A DNA stretch of 46,890 bases from Nitrospinota bacterium (GCA_030754595.1 JASLZZ010000038.1:1-46890), one strand, 5' to 3'. Counted from the first letter of the stretch, positions 1 to 9,339 are shown. The notes: a model not told the origin generated them from the sequence alone. Translations and numbers: made by a program.

Positions 1-2
1 GC

Positions 3-134
3 GCCATGGGCGGCAAGCTGGTTCGAACGATTGGCATTGCCAGGGCCCGAACCAGGATCGGAATGATGAACCTGGTCTACAACATGCGCCGCCTTGTCTG
101 GTTGGCCAGAGACGGGATACCTGCGCGCGCATGA
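3..134 (+). CDS. IS5-family transposase, C-terminal fragment (partial at window edge)
   Basis: Manual translation gives AMGGKLVRTIGIARARTRIGMMNLVYNMRRLVWLARDGIPARA*; VRTIG.ARA...NL.YNM.R is the typical IS5 DDE transposase tail. Not in the ORF track. Confidence 0.85.
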   Translation, partial: AMGGKLVRTIGIARARTRIGMMNLVYNMRRLVWLARDGIPARA

Positions 135-141
135 GAAAAAC

Positions 142-177
142 CGGCCACCGGGAGGCTCTTCGGAGTTCCGGTGGCCG
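142..177 (+). other. Stem-loop just after the IS5 transposase stop
   Basis: CGGCCACCGG (142-151) pairs with CCGGTGGCCG (168-177), enclosing a short inner stem with a TTCG loop. Confidence 0.5.
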
Positions 178-265
178 AAGATAAAATGGAAAATGGGTAT
201 GAATTGTGGCTAAAATGCTGTGATAACACAAAATCGGGGGAAGTTAGGCGGTTTTTAGAGGTTCC

Positions 266-694
266 CTAAAGCTGAACGAGGAGCAGATCACCAAGCTCGA
301 GAAGCTGCGCTCCGATTTCGTCCGGAGAATGATCGGCGAGCGGGCCGCGCTGCGGACCCTGCGGTTTGATATCCGCCAGGCGCTCAAGGCCGACAAAGTG
401 GATTTGCCCGCCGCCGAGAAGCTTGTGCGCGGGGCTGCGAAAAAACGCGCCGACATCGCCCTCGACCGCATCCGCACCATCGAAAAGGGAAAGGCCCTCC
501 TGACGAAAGAGCAGATCAAGGAACTCAAAACCCTGATCAGCCGGCGCGGCAGGGGCCGTTACGGGGCGATGATGCGGGAGCATCACGGAATGATGGAGAA
601 AGAGCACCATGGCCCCTCGGGCAAATCCGGATCGGGTAAGGCCGAACCGGGCAAGGGAAAGAAATTCTTACGCGGCAATATCGGGCGAAATTGA
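266..694 (+). pseudogene. Spy/CpxP (LTXXQ)/ZraP-like periplasmic protein, 5' part cut off by IS5
   Basis: The frame is open from the CTAA target: LKLNEEQITKLEKLRSDF...LLTKEQ (two LTxxQ-type motifs), with a His/Met-rich tail. No signal peptide or original start remains on this side of the IS. Confidence 0.75.
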
Positions 695-698
695 AAAT

Positions 699-737
699 AA
701 AACGGCGGGCCCCAGGGGATGGAGGCCCGCCGTTTTT
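699..737. terminator. Bidirectional intrinsic terminator between convergent genes
   Basis: AAAACGGCGGGCC (699-711) / GGCCCGCCGTTTT (724-736) inverted repeat with A and T tracts. Confidence 0.75.
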
Positions 738-775
738 GTCTGGGCTGATTTGTGGAGGAAAATGAAACGGCGGCG

Positions 776-1606
776 CTAATCCAGAACCGCGTCTCCGGCC
801 ATATCGCCCTCGTAGACTAGGCGGGTCCCCCCTCTCATATAGATATCGGAGACCCCGGCGCCCCGGCCCGAGAAGAAAATGCTCAAGATCTCCCCGCTCC
901 GCACCCGGACATCCACCGGCGGCTCGACGAGGCCTCTTGTAGCGGCCAGAATCGCGGCGGCCACCGCCCCCGTACCGCAGGCGAGGGTTTCGTCCTCCAC
1001 CCCCCGCTCGTAGGTCCTGAGGACGACGGAATTGGGCCCGCTCACCTGACAAAAATTCGCGTTGGCCCCCGCCGGGGCGAACTCTCCGTGATTTCGTATC
1101 TGGCGGCCGTCCCGGACGATGACAGCGGCATCGACGTCCTCCACAAACTCGACCGCGTGGGGCACCCCGGTGTTGATATGATCGAGGGTGGCGCTTCGCC
1201 CCTTCAAATCCACCTCGATCCCCGCCCGGAAATCAAAGGCATCCGTCATCCGGAGTTTGACGATCGAGCCCTCGATGGAGCCGTCGATAATTCCGGCGAT
1301 GGTCTCGAAGGATACATCGCCCTCCCCGATGTCGGCGTGGCGGGCAAACCGGACGGCGCAGCGCCCCCCGTTCCCGCACATCTCCGCCTCGCTGCCGTCG
1401 GCGTTGAAAAAACGCCATTTGAAATCGGCCCGGTCGCTCGGCTCGATAAACATCACCCCGTCGGCCCCGATCGAAATCCCCCGGCGGCAAACGCTCCTGA
1501 CGAAACCGATCATTTTATCGGCGTCGAGCCCGAGGTCCCGGTTGTCGATAAAGATGAAATCGTTTCCGCTGCCGTTCAGCTTGGTGAAATGAATCTTATC
1601 TTCCAT
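776..1606 (-). CDS. dapF: Diaminopimelate epimerase
   Basis: GSGNDF, NADGSEAEMCGNGGRC, GVPHAV and TYERGVEDETLACGTG motifs. Confidence 0.97.
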   Translation of the reverse strand: MEDKIHFTKLNGSGNDFIFIDNRDLGLDADKMIGFVRSVCRRGISIGADGVMFIEPSDRADFKWRFFNADGSEAEMCGNGGRCAVRFARHADIGEGDVSFETIAGIIDGSIEGSIVKLRMTDAFDFRAGIEVDLKGRSATLDHINTGVPHAVEFVEDVDAAVIVRDGRQIRNHGEFAPAGANANFCQVSGPNSVVLRTYERGVEDETLACGTGAVAAAILAATRGLVEPPVDVRVRSGEILSIFFSGRGAGVSDIYMRGGTRLVYEGDMAGDAVLD

Positions 1607-2882
1607 CTCGGTCGGACTCTCCTGTAATGAACGCGGGGATGGTCTCCCCCCGAATCAGGTCCGCGTAACTCTCGCGCTCGCGGATGATGTGATAATCGTT
1701 CCCGTGGACGAGTATTTCCGCTGGCCGGGGGCGAGAGTTGTAGTTCGAGGCCATCGTGAATCCGTAGGCGCCCGAACTCATGATGGCGAGGAGATCGTCC
1801 CGTTTCAATTCGGGAAGCTCCCTATCCTTCGCCAGATAGTCGCCGCTCTCGCAAACCGGGCCGACGAGATCGATCTTTCGGCGGGGCCGCGATTGAACAG
1901 CCTCCTCAACCGCCCGCACACCCTGGTAGGCCTGATAGAGCGCCGGGCGAATCAGGTCGTTCATCCCCGCGTCGATGATGACGAAGCGCTTTTCTTCGTT
2001 TTCCTTCCCGTAAAGCACGCGAGTGACCATGATCCCCGCGTTGCCGGATATAACCCGGCCCGGCTCGAACACGAGGGTGCAGCCGAGGTCCTTGAGGCAA
2101 GGCAGGATCGCCCCGGCGTACTCGGCCGGGGTGGGGGGCGATTCGTCGTGGTAGGTGATTCCCACTCCCCCCCCTACGTTCAGATAGCGGATGTCGCGGC
2201 CGTCCCCGCGGAGGGCTCGGACGCAATCGGCCACTTTCTCGGCCGCCTCGGCGAAAGGGCCGGTCTCGGTGATCTGGCTGCCGATATGGCAATGAAGACC
2301 GATTGCCCGGACGTTGGCGAGCTCCGCCGCCGCCCGGTACTGCTCGCGCGCCCGGGCGATGTCGATTCCGAACTTACTTTTTTTCATCCCTGTGGAGATA
2401 TAGGGATGGGTTTTCGGGTCAACGTCGGGGTTCACCCGCACCGCGATCGAGGCCGGCTTCCCGGCCCGGCCGGCCACCCGGTCGATGTTTCGAAGTTCGT
2501 CCTCGCTCTCGACGTTGAACATGAGTACGCCCTGCTCGAGCGCATAGGCGATCTCATCGTCCGACTTTCCCACCCCGGCGAAGACGACCTGCTCGGCCGG
2601 CACCCCCGCCTCGACCCCCCGGAAGAGCTCTCCCCCCGAAACGATGTCGAGTCCTCCGCCGAGTTCCGAGAAAAGCCGCAGGATGGCGAGATTCGAATTG
2701 CTCTTCATCGCGAAGCAAATCAGATGAGGAACCCCCGCGAACGCCTCGTCGAACGCGCGGAAATGCCCTACCAGCGCCTCGTGGCTATAGATATAAAGCG
2801 GGGTGCCCACCTCCTCGGCGAGCCGGGACACAGCCACCCCCTCGGCGTGGAGCACACCGTTTTTGTACTCGAATTGGTCCAT
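1596..2882 (-). CDS. lysA: Diaminopimelate decarboxylase
   Basis: FAMKSN (PLP lysine), HPYISTG...SKFG, HCHIGSQ, EPGR, GPVCESGD, GAYG...SNYN; overlaps dapF. Confidence 0.97.
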   Translation of the reverse strand: MDQFEYKNGVLHAEGVAVSRLAEEVGTPLYIYSHEALVGHFRAFDEAFAGVPHLICFAMKSNSNLAILRLFSELGGGLDIVSGGELFRGVEAGVPAEQVVFAGVGKSDDEIAYALEQGVLMFNVESEDELRNIDRVAGRAGKPASIAVRVNPDVDPKTHPYISTGMKKSKFGIDIARAREQYRAAAELANVRAIGLHCHIGSQITETGPFAEAAEKVADCVRALRGDGRDIRYLNVGGGVGITYHDESPPTPAEYAGAILPCLKDLGCTLVFEPGRVISGNAGIMVTRVLYGKENEEKRFVIIDAGMNDLIRPALYQAYQGVRAVEEAVQSRPRRKIDLVGPVCESGDYLAKDRELPELKRDDLLAIMSSGAYGFTMASNYNSRPRPAEILVHGNDYHIIRERESYADLIRGETIPAFITGESDRDGR

Positions 2883-4286
2883 GTCTTTCTCTCAACCCCC
2901 AATCGCAATAAGTCCTAATATCAATGTCCGGACATCGTCCGGAGGGGGATTATATTTATGATCGGCGAATATATCTATTCAACTCCCCAAAATTCCGCCG
3001 GTGGGACTTTTATGTATAATCCTCTTGATTGGTGGCAATAATTTCGGATGATTCCGCCCCCCGCCCGAAAACCAGACCGGAAAACCCTATGGAACGAGAA
3101 CGCGGCAATCCGAGTGCAAATCAGCCGAATACGGATCAGCCGAGTCGGGACCTGGAGGGACGGCTCCCCTCTCCTCTTCCCCAAGAAATCGGGGAGTTTT
3201 TGGCCCGGGCCGGGCGGGCGAAAGAAAAAGGCGATCTCGAGGGCGCCAGGGCCGCTTACGAACGTGTGATCGCACTCTCCCCCGGACTCGCCGAGGCGCG
3301 CTATCACCTGGCTCTCATCCAGGTGGCCCGAAACGACCCGAACGGAGCGGCAGAAAGCCTTCGGGCCGCTCTCGAGAGCGAGCCCGACTACCTCGAGGCC
3401 CGCATGACGCTGGGGTTCCTCCGCAGCGCCGCGGGGCGCGGCGAGGAGGCGGAGGCCGGCTTCAGAGAGGCGGTTCGCCGCCACCCGGGCCATGCGGAGG
3501 CCCACTTCATGCTTGGCATCGGGCTCAAGGAGCGGAGCCAGCCCGGCGAGGCGGAGGCCTGCTTCAGGGAAGCGGTCCGGCTCAAACCCGACCACGCGCA
3601 GGCCCACTTCAATCTGGGCGATTTGCTCCGCGACGCCGGGGAGCTCGACGCGGCCGAGGCCGCCTTCCGCGAGGCGGCGCGAATCGACCCGAACTATCTT
3701 CACGCCTTCATCAACCTGGGCGCCACGCTGCACCAAAAAGGCGAGATGGAAGCCGCCTTCGAGGCCCTCCAAAAGGCGCTCGCCCTGGACCCCGCCTCCG
3801 CTGAGGCCCACTACAGCCTGGGCACCGTCCTTGAGTCCCAGCGGAAATATGACGAAGCCATTAACAGCCTCCGACGGGCACTGGAAATCGACCCTTCCAA
3901 TAAAAAAAGCGCGCTTAAACCTGGCCGATTGCCTGGCGTTCGCCGGAAGGTTCGAAGAGTCTCAGTCGCTCAGGCGGGAAACCGTGCGCCTTTTTACCGG
4001 CGATACGCTTCCGAGACTCGACGCCGATATTTTTTGTCCCGGCTTATTTGATTCCACCGATGAGATGGACCAGCGGCGGGCCGAAATCGAGAGCGCCCTC
4101 GACGGCTATAGCTCCGACAGCAATTCCCTGGAATCGCTCGACATCGATTTAAACAACCTCGATTTCGTTCAGCTCCCCCCGTACTTCATGCTCTTTCACG
4201 GCCGGAACGATAAGCCCTGGAAATGCAAATACGCCGATTTGTTCGCGGGGAATTTCAAGCGCAAATATCCCGAATACATGACGCCC

Positions 4287-4316
4287 GTTCACCCGACGGG
4301 TGTTCACCCGGCGGGC
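4287..4316 (+). repeat. 15-bp tandem duplication inside the GT41 pseudogene
   Basis: GTTCACCCGACGGGT / GTTCACCCGGCGGGC (VHPTG-VHPAG). Confidence 0.6.
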
Positions 4317-5114
4317 GAGAGCGCCCGGCGGGGGGGCCTATTCGGGTAGGATTCATGACCACCTGTACCCAGGAGGGCCCCTTTTTGATGTGGACCAGGG
4401 GGCTGATCCTGAACCTGCCCGAGGACGGATTCGAGGTCTCGATAATCTGCAGCCCCCAAAGCAGCGAAACCCTTGTCAGGGGCGACCTGGGCGATAACGG
4501 GATTGAAATACCGGGCCTCGGCGGGCGCGGCAACATCCGGTACGTAGAAGTCGACAGCGATCCCGAATCCACTATTAAAAGGATTCGTGGGGAGAAGCTC
4601 GATGTCCTCATCTACAACGAACTCGGTACGAGCATGGAAAAATTCATTCTTCCGTTCTTCCGGCTGGCCTCGGTTCAGTGCGCCTATTGGTGCGGCTCCA
4701 CCTCTGGGAGCCCGGAGATGGATTACTTTATCTCGAGCGATGCCGTAGAGCCCGATAACGGCCAGGACCATTACCTGGAAAAGCTGGTCCGGCTCAAATC
4801 GCCGATAATCCATTTCACCCCGCCCCCGCTGCCCCCGGAGCCTAAGGAGAGGGGCTATTTCGGTTTCACGGAGGCCGATCATATCTACGCATGCCCCCAG
4901 GGCATCCACAAGATTCATCCCGACATGGACAAAATATTTGACGACATCCTCAGACGTGACCCGGCGGGCCAGGTGGCGCTTCTGGAAGGGGGAACATCCC
5001 ATTGGACCGAGGCGATGGTGAACCGGCTGAAGGGAAGTCTTCCGGACGTGGCCGGCCGCATACGCTTGCTCACCCGGATGACACGAGAGGATTTTCTCGG
5101 CTTTCTATGCATTT

Positions 5115-5240
5115 CGGATGTCATTGACGATCTTTTCAGAGGACACTTCCTTGCTCATCTCACGCTCCTTCCAAAGATGAATTGGTCAAAAAGTGTCACT
5201 TAGCGTATCACCCCAAATGGTCCACTAGGTTCTGAACCCA
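5115..5240 (-). mobile_element. Left-end remnant of a probable IS3-family element
   Basis: Minus strand reads TGGGTTCAGAACCTAGTGGACC (TG-starting end), then RBS GGAAGGAG and an ATG at 5158 giving MSKEVSSEKIVNDIR. This resembles the start of IS3-family OrfA proteins (..SxEKIVKDIRRxTRR..). Confidence 0.6.
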
Positions 5241-5483
5241 TACAGTATTCGAGGATATGGACGCCGTGCGCGATTGGGAGGCGTTTTTCGAGAAAGCGGT
5301 CGAAGAGAGCCGCCGGAGGGCGCCGTGAGCCCTCTCGCCGGAGAGTAAGCCCTCGGCCGAGGCTAAATCCCCCGGATGACCGGCGTTTCAGGAGTCCTCG
5401 GCTTCCCCTTCACTCCGCACCCCGCCGCGGCCAGCAAGAGCCCAAGGACACACACCACGGCGATCACGCGCAACGAGACGAAT

Positions 5484-6902
5484 TTAGAGGCCAAGTCGCT
5501 TTTTCTCCCTTTCAATCTGGCGGAGAACGCTCCGCTTCGATGATCCCCCCTCGCTTGTCCGCGAGGAAAGCGAGCGGGCCAGTTCGGTTGTCCGGAGATC
5601 GGCGGCGTCGAGTCTTTTGTCGGCCTTGAGAAGATCCGCGCTCGTGAGGCGCACCAAGGGAATACCCTTCCCGGCCGCCAGCCGCACCGCCCGGCCCGCG
5701 GCCTCGTGCGCCTCCCGGAACGGAACCCCCCGGAGCACCATCGCGTCCGCCAGATCGGTCGCCGTCATATAGCCTCCCTCGGCGGCCTCGGCCATCCGCT
5801 TCGCGTTCGGGCGCATGGCGGCGATGAGCGTCGCCATCACGTCAAGACAGGCCGCCAGCGTGTCGGCAGCGTCGAAGAGAGGCTCCTTGTCCTCCTGCAT
5901 ATCCCGGTTATAGGCAAGCGGAAGCCCCTTCATCAGCGTGAGGAGCGCCACGAGATCGCCGTATACGCGCCCGCTCTTTCCCCGGACGATCTCGGCCACA
6001 TCGGGGTTCTTCTTCTGGGGCATCAGCGAGCTTCCGGTCGAGAATGCGTCGGGCAACTCGACGAAACCGAATTCTCCACTGGCCCACAGGACTATCTCCT
6101 CCCCGAGCCTGCTCAGGTGCATGATCGATATCGAGGCGGCGGCCGCGAACTCGATGGCGAAATCCCTGTCGCTCACCGCGTCCATGCTGTTCTCGGCTAC
6201 CGAGTCGAAGCCGAGTTTCCGCGCCACCATCCGCCGGTCGATGGCGTGCCCCGTTCCCGCCAGCGCGCCCGAACCCAGAGGAAGAATATTCACCCGCTTC
6301 CGCGCGTCCTCGAGCCGCTCCCCGTCCCGCCGGAGCATCTGACTATAGGCCAGGAGATGATGCGCGAAGGAGACCGGCTGGGCCCGCTGGAGATGGGTGT
6401 AGCCCGGCATCACGAAATCCACCCCCGCCTCCGCCTGGCCCACCAGCGCCCTCCGCAAACCCATGAACCCCTCCCGGATGCGGTCGATTTCCTCCCTGAG
6501 CCAGAGCCGAACGGCTGTCGCGACCTGATCGTTTCGGCTGCGCGCGGTATGAAGCCTCCCGCCGACCGCGCCGATCTTCCGCGTCAGCGCGGCCTCGACA
6601 TTCATGTGCACATCCTCGAGGGCGGGGTCGAATTTGAATTCGCCCGCCTCGATTTCGCGCAGGACCGACCTGAGCCCCGAGACAATTTTCCGGCCATCGC
6701 CCTTGGAGATGATCCCCTTGGCCCCCAGCATCTCGGCGTGGGCTATCGACCCGCGCACATCGCAGACGGCAAGCCGCCTGTCGAACGAGACGCTTTCGGT
6801 GAAAGCCTCGACCCGCCGGTCGGTCCGCTGGGCGAACCGGCCGCCCCAGAGCTTTTTCGAGGCGGGCTTGGCCGCCTTTTTCTTCGATGTCTTCTTCTTC
6901 AT
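5484..6902 (-). CDS. argH: Argininosuccinate lyase
   Basis: KLWGGRF, EDVHMNVE, LHTARSRNDQV, MPGYTHLQRAQP, TGSSLMPQKKNPD, YNRDMQEDKE. Confidence 0.97.
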   Translation of the reverse strand: MKKKTSKKKAAKPASKKLWGGRFAQRTDRRVEAFTESVSFDRRLAVCDVRGSIAHAEMLGAKGIISKGDGRKIVSGLRSVLREIEAGEFKFDPALEDVHMNVEAALTRKIGAVGGRLHTARSRNDQVATAVRLWLREEIDRIREGFMGLRRALVGQAEAGVDFVMPGYTHLQRAQPVSFAHHLLAYSQMLRRDGERLEDARKRVNILPLGSGALAGTGHAIDRRMVARKLGFDSVAENSMDAVSDRDFAIEFAAAASISIMHLSRLGEEIVLWASGEFGFVELPDAFSTGSSLMPQKKNPDVAEIVRGKSGRVYGDLVALLTLMKGLPLAYNRDMQEDKEPLFDAADTLAACLDVMATLIAAMRPNAKRMAEAAEGGYMTATDLADAMVLRGVPFREAHEAAGRAVRLAAGKGIPLVRLTSADLLKADKRLDAADLRTTELARSLSSRTSEGGSSKRSVLRQIEREKKRLGL

Positions 6903-7240
6903 TGCCGCCGTCCATCGTCCATGAACACGCCAGCGAGGCCTCTCCGGAATACACCGGGCCCCGGCAAACCCCGATACTTACATGAATCCCGTCCCGCGGG
7001 GCAACTCGCCGATAAATTCCGCGCGAAATGCAAGTGTCCCTTCTCCCCGCTACCGAGGCAAGGCAGCGGATTCCTCCCATCGAGCGAAGTCCCCATCCGG
7101 GCTCAGCTTGCGCTTCGGGCGGCAATTTGCAACGATGTTTCTTGTTGGGAAATACCCAACTTTCGATAGCGCCCCGCCCAGACGAAACTCATCGGCTGCC
7201 CTTGGGTGGGCGCAATTCCACAGCGATTGAGGTTGCCGAG

Positions 7241-7336
7241 ATGCAGACGATTCCATGGATTATTGTTGCGGTCATCGTTGTCGCGGTCATTGCCTACAAT
7301 ACCGTGGACGACCCCTTCAATATCGACCCCGAATAA
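7241..7336 (+). CDS. Putative 31-aa single-pass membrane peptide
   Basis: GAGG RBS 8 nt upstream of ATG; MQTIPWIIVAVIVVAVIAYNTVDDPFNIDPE has one hydrophobic helix and an acidic tail. Confidence 0.5.
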   Translation: MQTIPWIIVAVIVVAVIAYNTVDDPFNIDPE

Positions 7337-7440
7337 TTGACCGGCAAAGCGGGGACCTGAATTTTCCCATTAATGCAAAAAAACCATTCCTTGGTCTTCT
7401 CCTGTAATCGTGAGGGCTTGGGCCGGGAGAGCCTTCCCTT

Positions 7441-8709
7441 ATGAAAACGATATTGGACATTTTTTCCCCCAGGCAATGGCTGATTATCGCCTCATCCTTC
7501 ATTATTCTGGCGGTTGGAACCAGTCTCAATTTTAATTTCGGAATATTCATCAAACCCCTTGTCGAGGAATTCGACTGGTCGCGCACGACCGTCTCGGCGG
7601 GATTCTCCGTATTCATGCTCGCTGGCTCATTCAGCGCCATCCTGACCGGCGGACTCGCCGACCGCTACGGAACCCGCCGGGTCGTCTTCTTCGGAACCAT
7701 CATGATCGCCGCGGCGATGTTCGCGACCTCCCGGATTCAAACGGCATGGGAATTCTATCTCGCGGTGGGCGTCCTGGCGGGAGTCGGCCGGAGCGCATTT
7801 AACACCCCCATCCTGGCGTTCATTCAGAGATCATTCACCCGCAACCGGGGTCTGGCCACGGGCCTGGCGGGCTCCGGTGGGGGGCTGGGCATATTCCTCG
7901 CCGCGCCCTTGCTGGGGTATTTGATCGCTTCGGCCGGATGGCGCTTCTCCTATCTCATGATGGGAATAGCGGTTCTTGTCCTGGCGCTTCCGGCGCTCTC
8001 TTTCCTTCGCCCGGCGAAGGATTCGGACTCTGAAATGCGAAGGAACGGCGCGAAAATCGAGCAGCGGGAAACCAACATCCTTCCCGAGGCTTCCCAGGGG
8101 ATGGCCGCTATCATCAGAAAGAGGCCGTTCTGGGCTGTTATGGGGAGTCACGCCACCGACTGTCTATGCCATTCCGTCATCCTCGTTCACCTGGTTCCTT
8201 TCGCGATCGAATCGGGGGTGCCGAAAATTCAGGCGGCTTCCCTGATGAGCGCCCTGGGAATGGGCGCCCTTGTCGGGCGTACCGCGGGGGGGATGCTCTC
8301 GGACCGCATTGGCCCAAAATGGGCATTGTTTATCTCTCTAACGCTTCAGACCATTCCCATTCCCCTTCTCCTCATGTCCCCCTCCCTTCCGGTTTTGTAT
8401 CTGATCGCCACCCTTGTCGGTCTGGGCCTCGGAGGACACGGCACGATGTATCCGGTCATCACGCGGGAATTCTATGGGCCAAAACGGGTGGGAATTCTTT
8501 TTGGAACATTCACGGCTGGCGCCAGCGCGGGGATGGCGTCCGGGAGTTTCCTCGGGGGAGTCTTTCACGATCTGGCCGGCAACTACATACCCGCATTCGT
8601 CTTCAGCTTAACGATGGGGGTCATCTCTCTCATTCTGGTGTGGCTCTATCCCAAAGGAAGAACCATGTCCAGATTTTCCGCCCTTTCCGCCTCAAAACCC
8701 CTTGCCTGA
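7441..8709 (+). CDS. MFS transporter (OFA/MCT-like)
   Basis: About 12 TM segments; motif A twice (GGLADRYGTR, GMLSDRIGPK); FGIFIKPL..EFDWSR; RGLA.G...G.GLG. Confidence 0.92.
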   Translation: MKTILDIFSPRQWLIIASSFIILAVGTSLNFNFGIFIKPLVEEFDWSRTTVSAGFSVFMLAGSFSAILTGGLADRYGTRRVVFFGTIMIAAAMFATSRIQTAWEFYLAVGVLAGVGRSAFNTPILAFIQRSFTRNRGLATGLAGSGGGLGIFLAAPLLGYLIASAGWRFSYLMMGIAVLVLALPALSFLRPAKDSDSEMRRNGAKIEQRETNILPEASQGMAAIIRKRPFWAVMGSHATDCLCHSVILVHLVPFAIESGVPKIQAASLMSALGMGALVGRTAGGMLSDRIGPKWALFISLTLQTIPIPLLLMSPSLPVLYLIATLVGLGLGGHGTMYPVITREFYGPKRVGILFGTFTAGASAGMASGSFLGGVFHDLAGNYIPAFVFSLTMGVISLILVWLYPKGRTMSRFSALSASKPLA

Positions 8710-9339
8710 AGGGATTTCTCCAGCGACTCGGCATCTTTCTGATTATAACAGCATAAAAATGCGCTCTTATCGCTCATCCCGGTTTCCAAAACCGCCATGG
8801 TCCAGAGCACTTTAATAAACCAACCCGAAAATTTCGATCAAGTTGGAACACAAAACGGATGATATGTCAAAAAAATGACCAATTTATTTATGAACTCGCT
8901 CCTGACTCCCTCAATCGTTCTGGCAAGATATCTTTCAGCCTATTGTTTTTGAGCTTAATATCAGCGGAGGGGAAATATTGTCCCAAGCATTCCACACTCC
9001 CAAAATGACTACCCCCCTCATTACACAGCAAAAGCCGGGCCGGATTAATGCCAATTTCATGACTATATCGAAAAATTCACTTACAAAACGATTACGCTTT
9101 GACGCTTGGGTATTATTCTTCTCAAAAAATATACTTCCGGAAACTACCTGGCAATCCAAAAACCTGTTCCCCCCCACCACTGTCATCACCTCCCAGTTAT
9201 CCCCCACCGAGCGGGCCGCCTATTCCCAGTTGACCAACTCGCAGCTGGCCAACCTGCTGTTGGCGCTATTAACTTCCTCCCCTAACCATAGCGACTTCAT
9301 GGTTCGATGAATTCCGTATTCGAGAACCCCTTTCCTTCG

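Larger units (their letters stand above)
1..265 (+). mobile_element. IS5-family insertion sequence, right end (runs off the window start)
   Basis: Transposase C-terminus at 3-134, then a terminal-repeat-like end GTTTTTAGAGGTTCC (251-265) followed by CTAA (266-269), matching the YTAR target of IS5-subgroup elements. Confidence 0.85.
3089..5328 (+). pseudogene. TPR-repeat O-GlcNAc transferase-like (GT41/SPINDLY family) pseudogene
   Basis: About 7-8 TPRs (ORF 3029-4051) continue via frameshifts at A7 (3902-3908) and G7 (4330-4336) into a GT41-like domain (IRVGF, LDVLIY.ELG, RLA.VQC...G.TSG.P.MDYFIS, Y.EKLVRL, YACPQ..HKIHP..D). The domain breaks at SDVI (~5125); a C-terminal remnant TVFEDMDAVRDWEAFFEKAVEE..* lies at 5242-5328. 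Start codon uncertain (3029 or 3089). Confidence 0.8.

Noticed and set aside
187..331. IS5 outward promoter driving the truncated Spy-like ORF
   Set aside because: TAAAAT at 211-216 lacks a good -35, and the GGAG lies too close to ATG 329 to serve as an RBS.
7169..7213. Hammerhead ribozyme or known riboswitch
   Set aside because: The GATGAG and GAAA fragments are not in the required strand and order, and no known riboswitch consensus is recognisable.
9060..9090. Possible Rex operator upstream of atp
   Set aside because: Only a half-site-like AAAATTCAC; no full GTGAA-n-TTCAC palindrome.
8935..9310. ORFs 8935-9207 (-) and 8978-9310 (+)
   Set aside because: They overlap each other, have atypical composition, and show no clear RBS or family motif.
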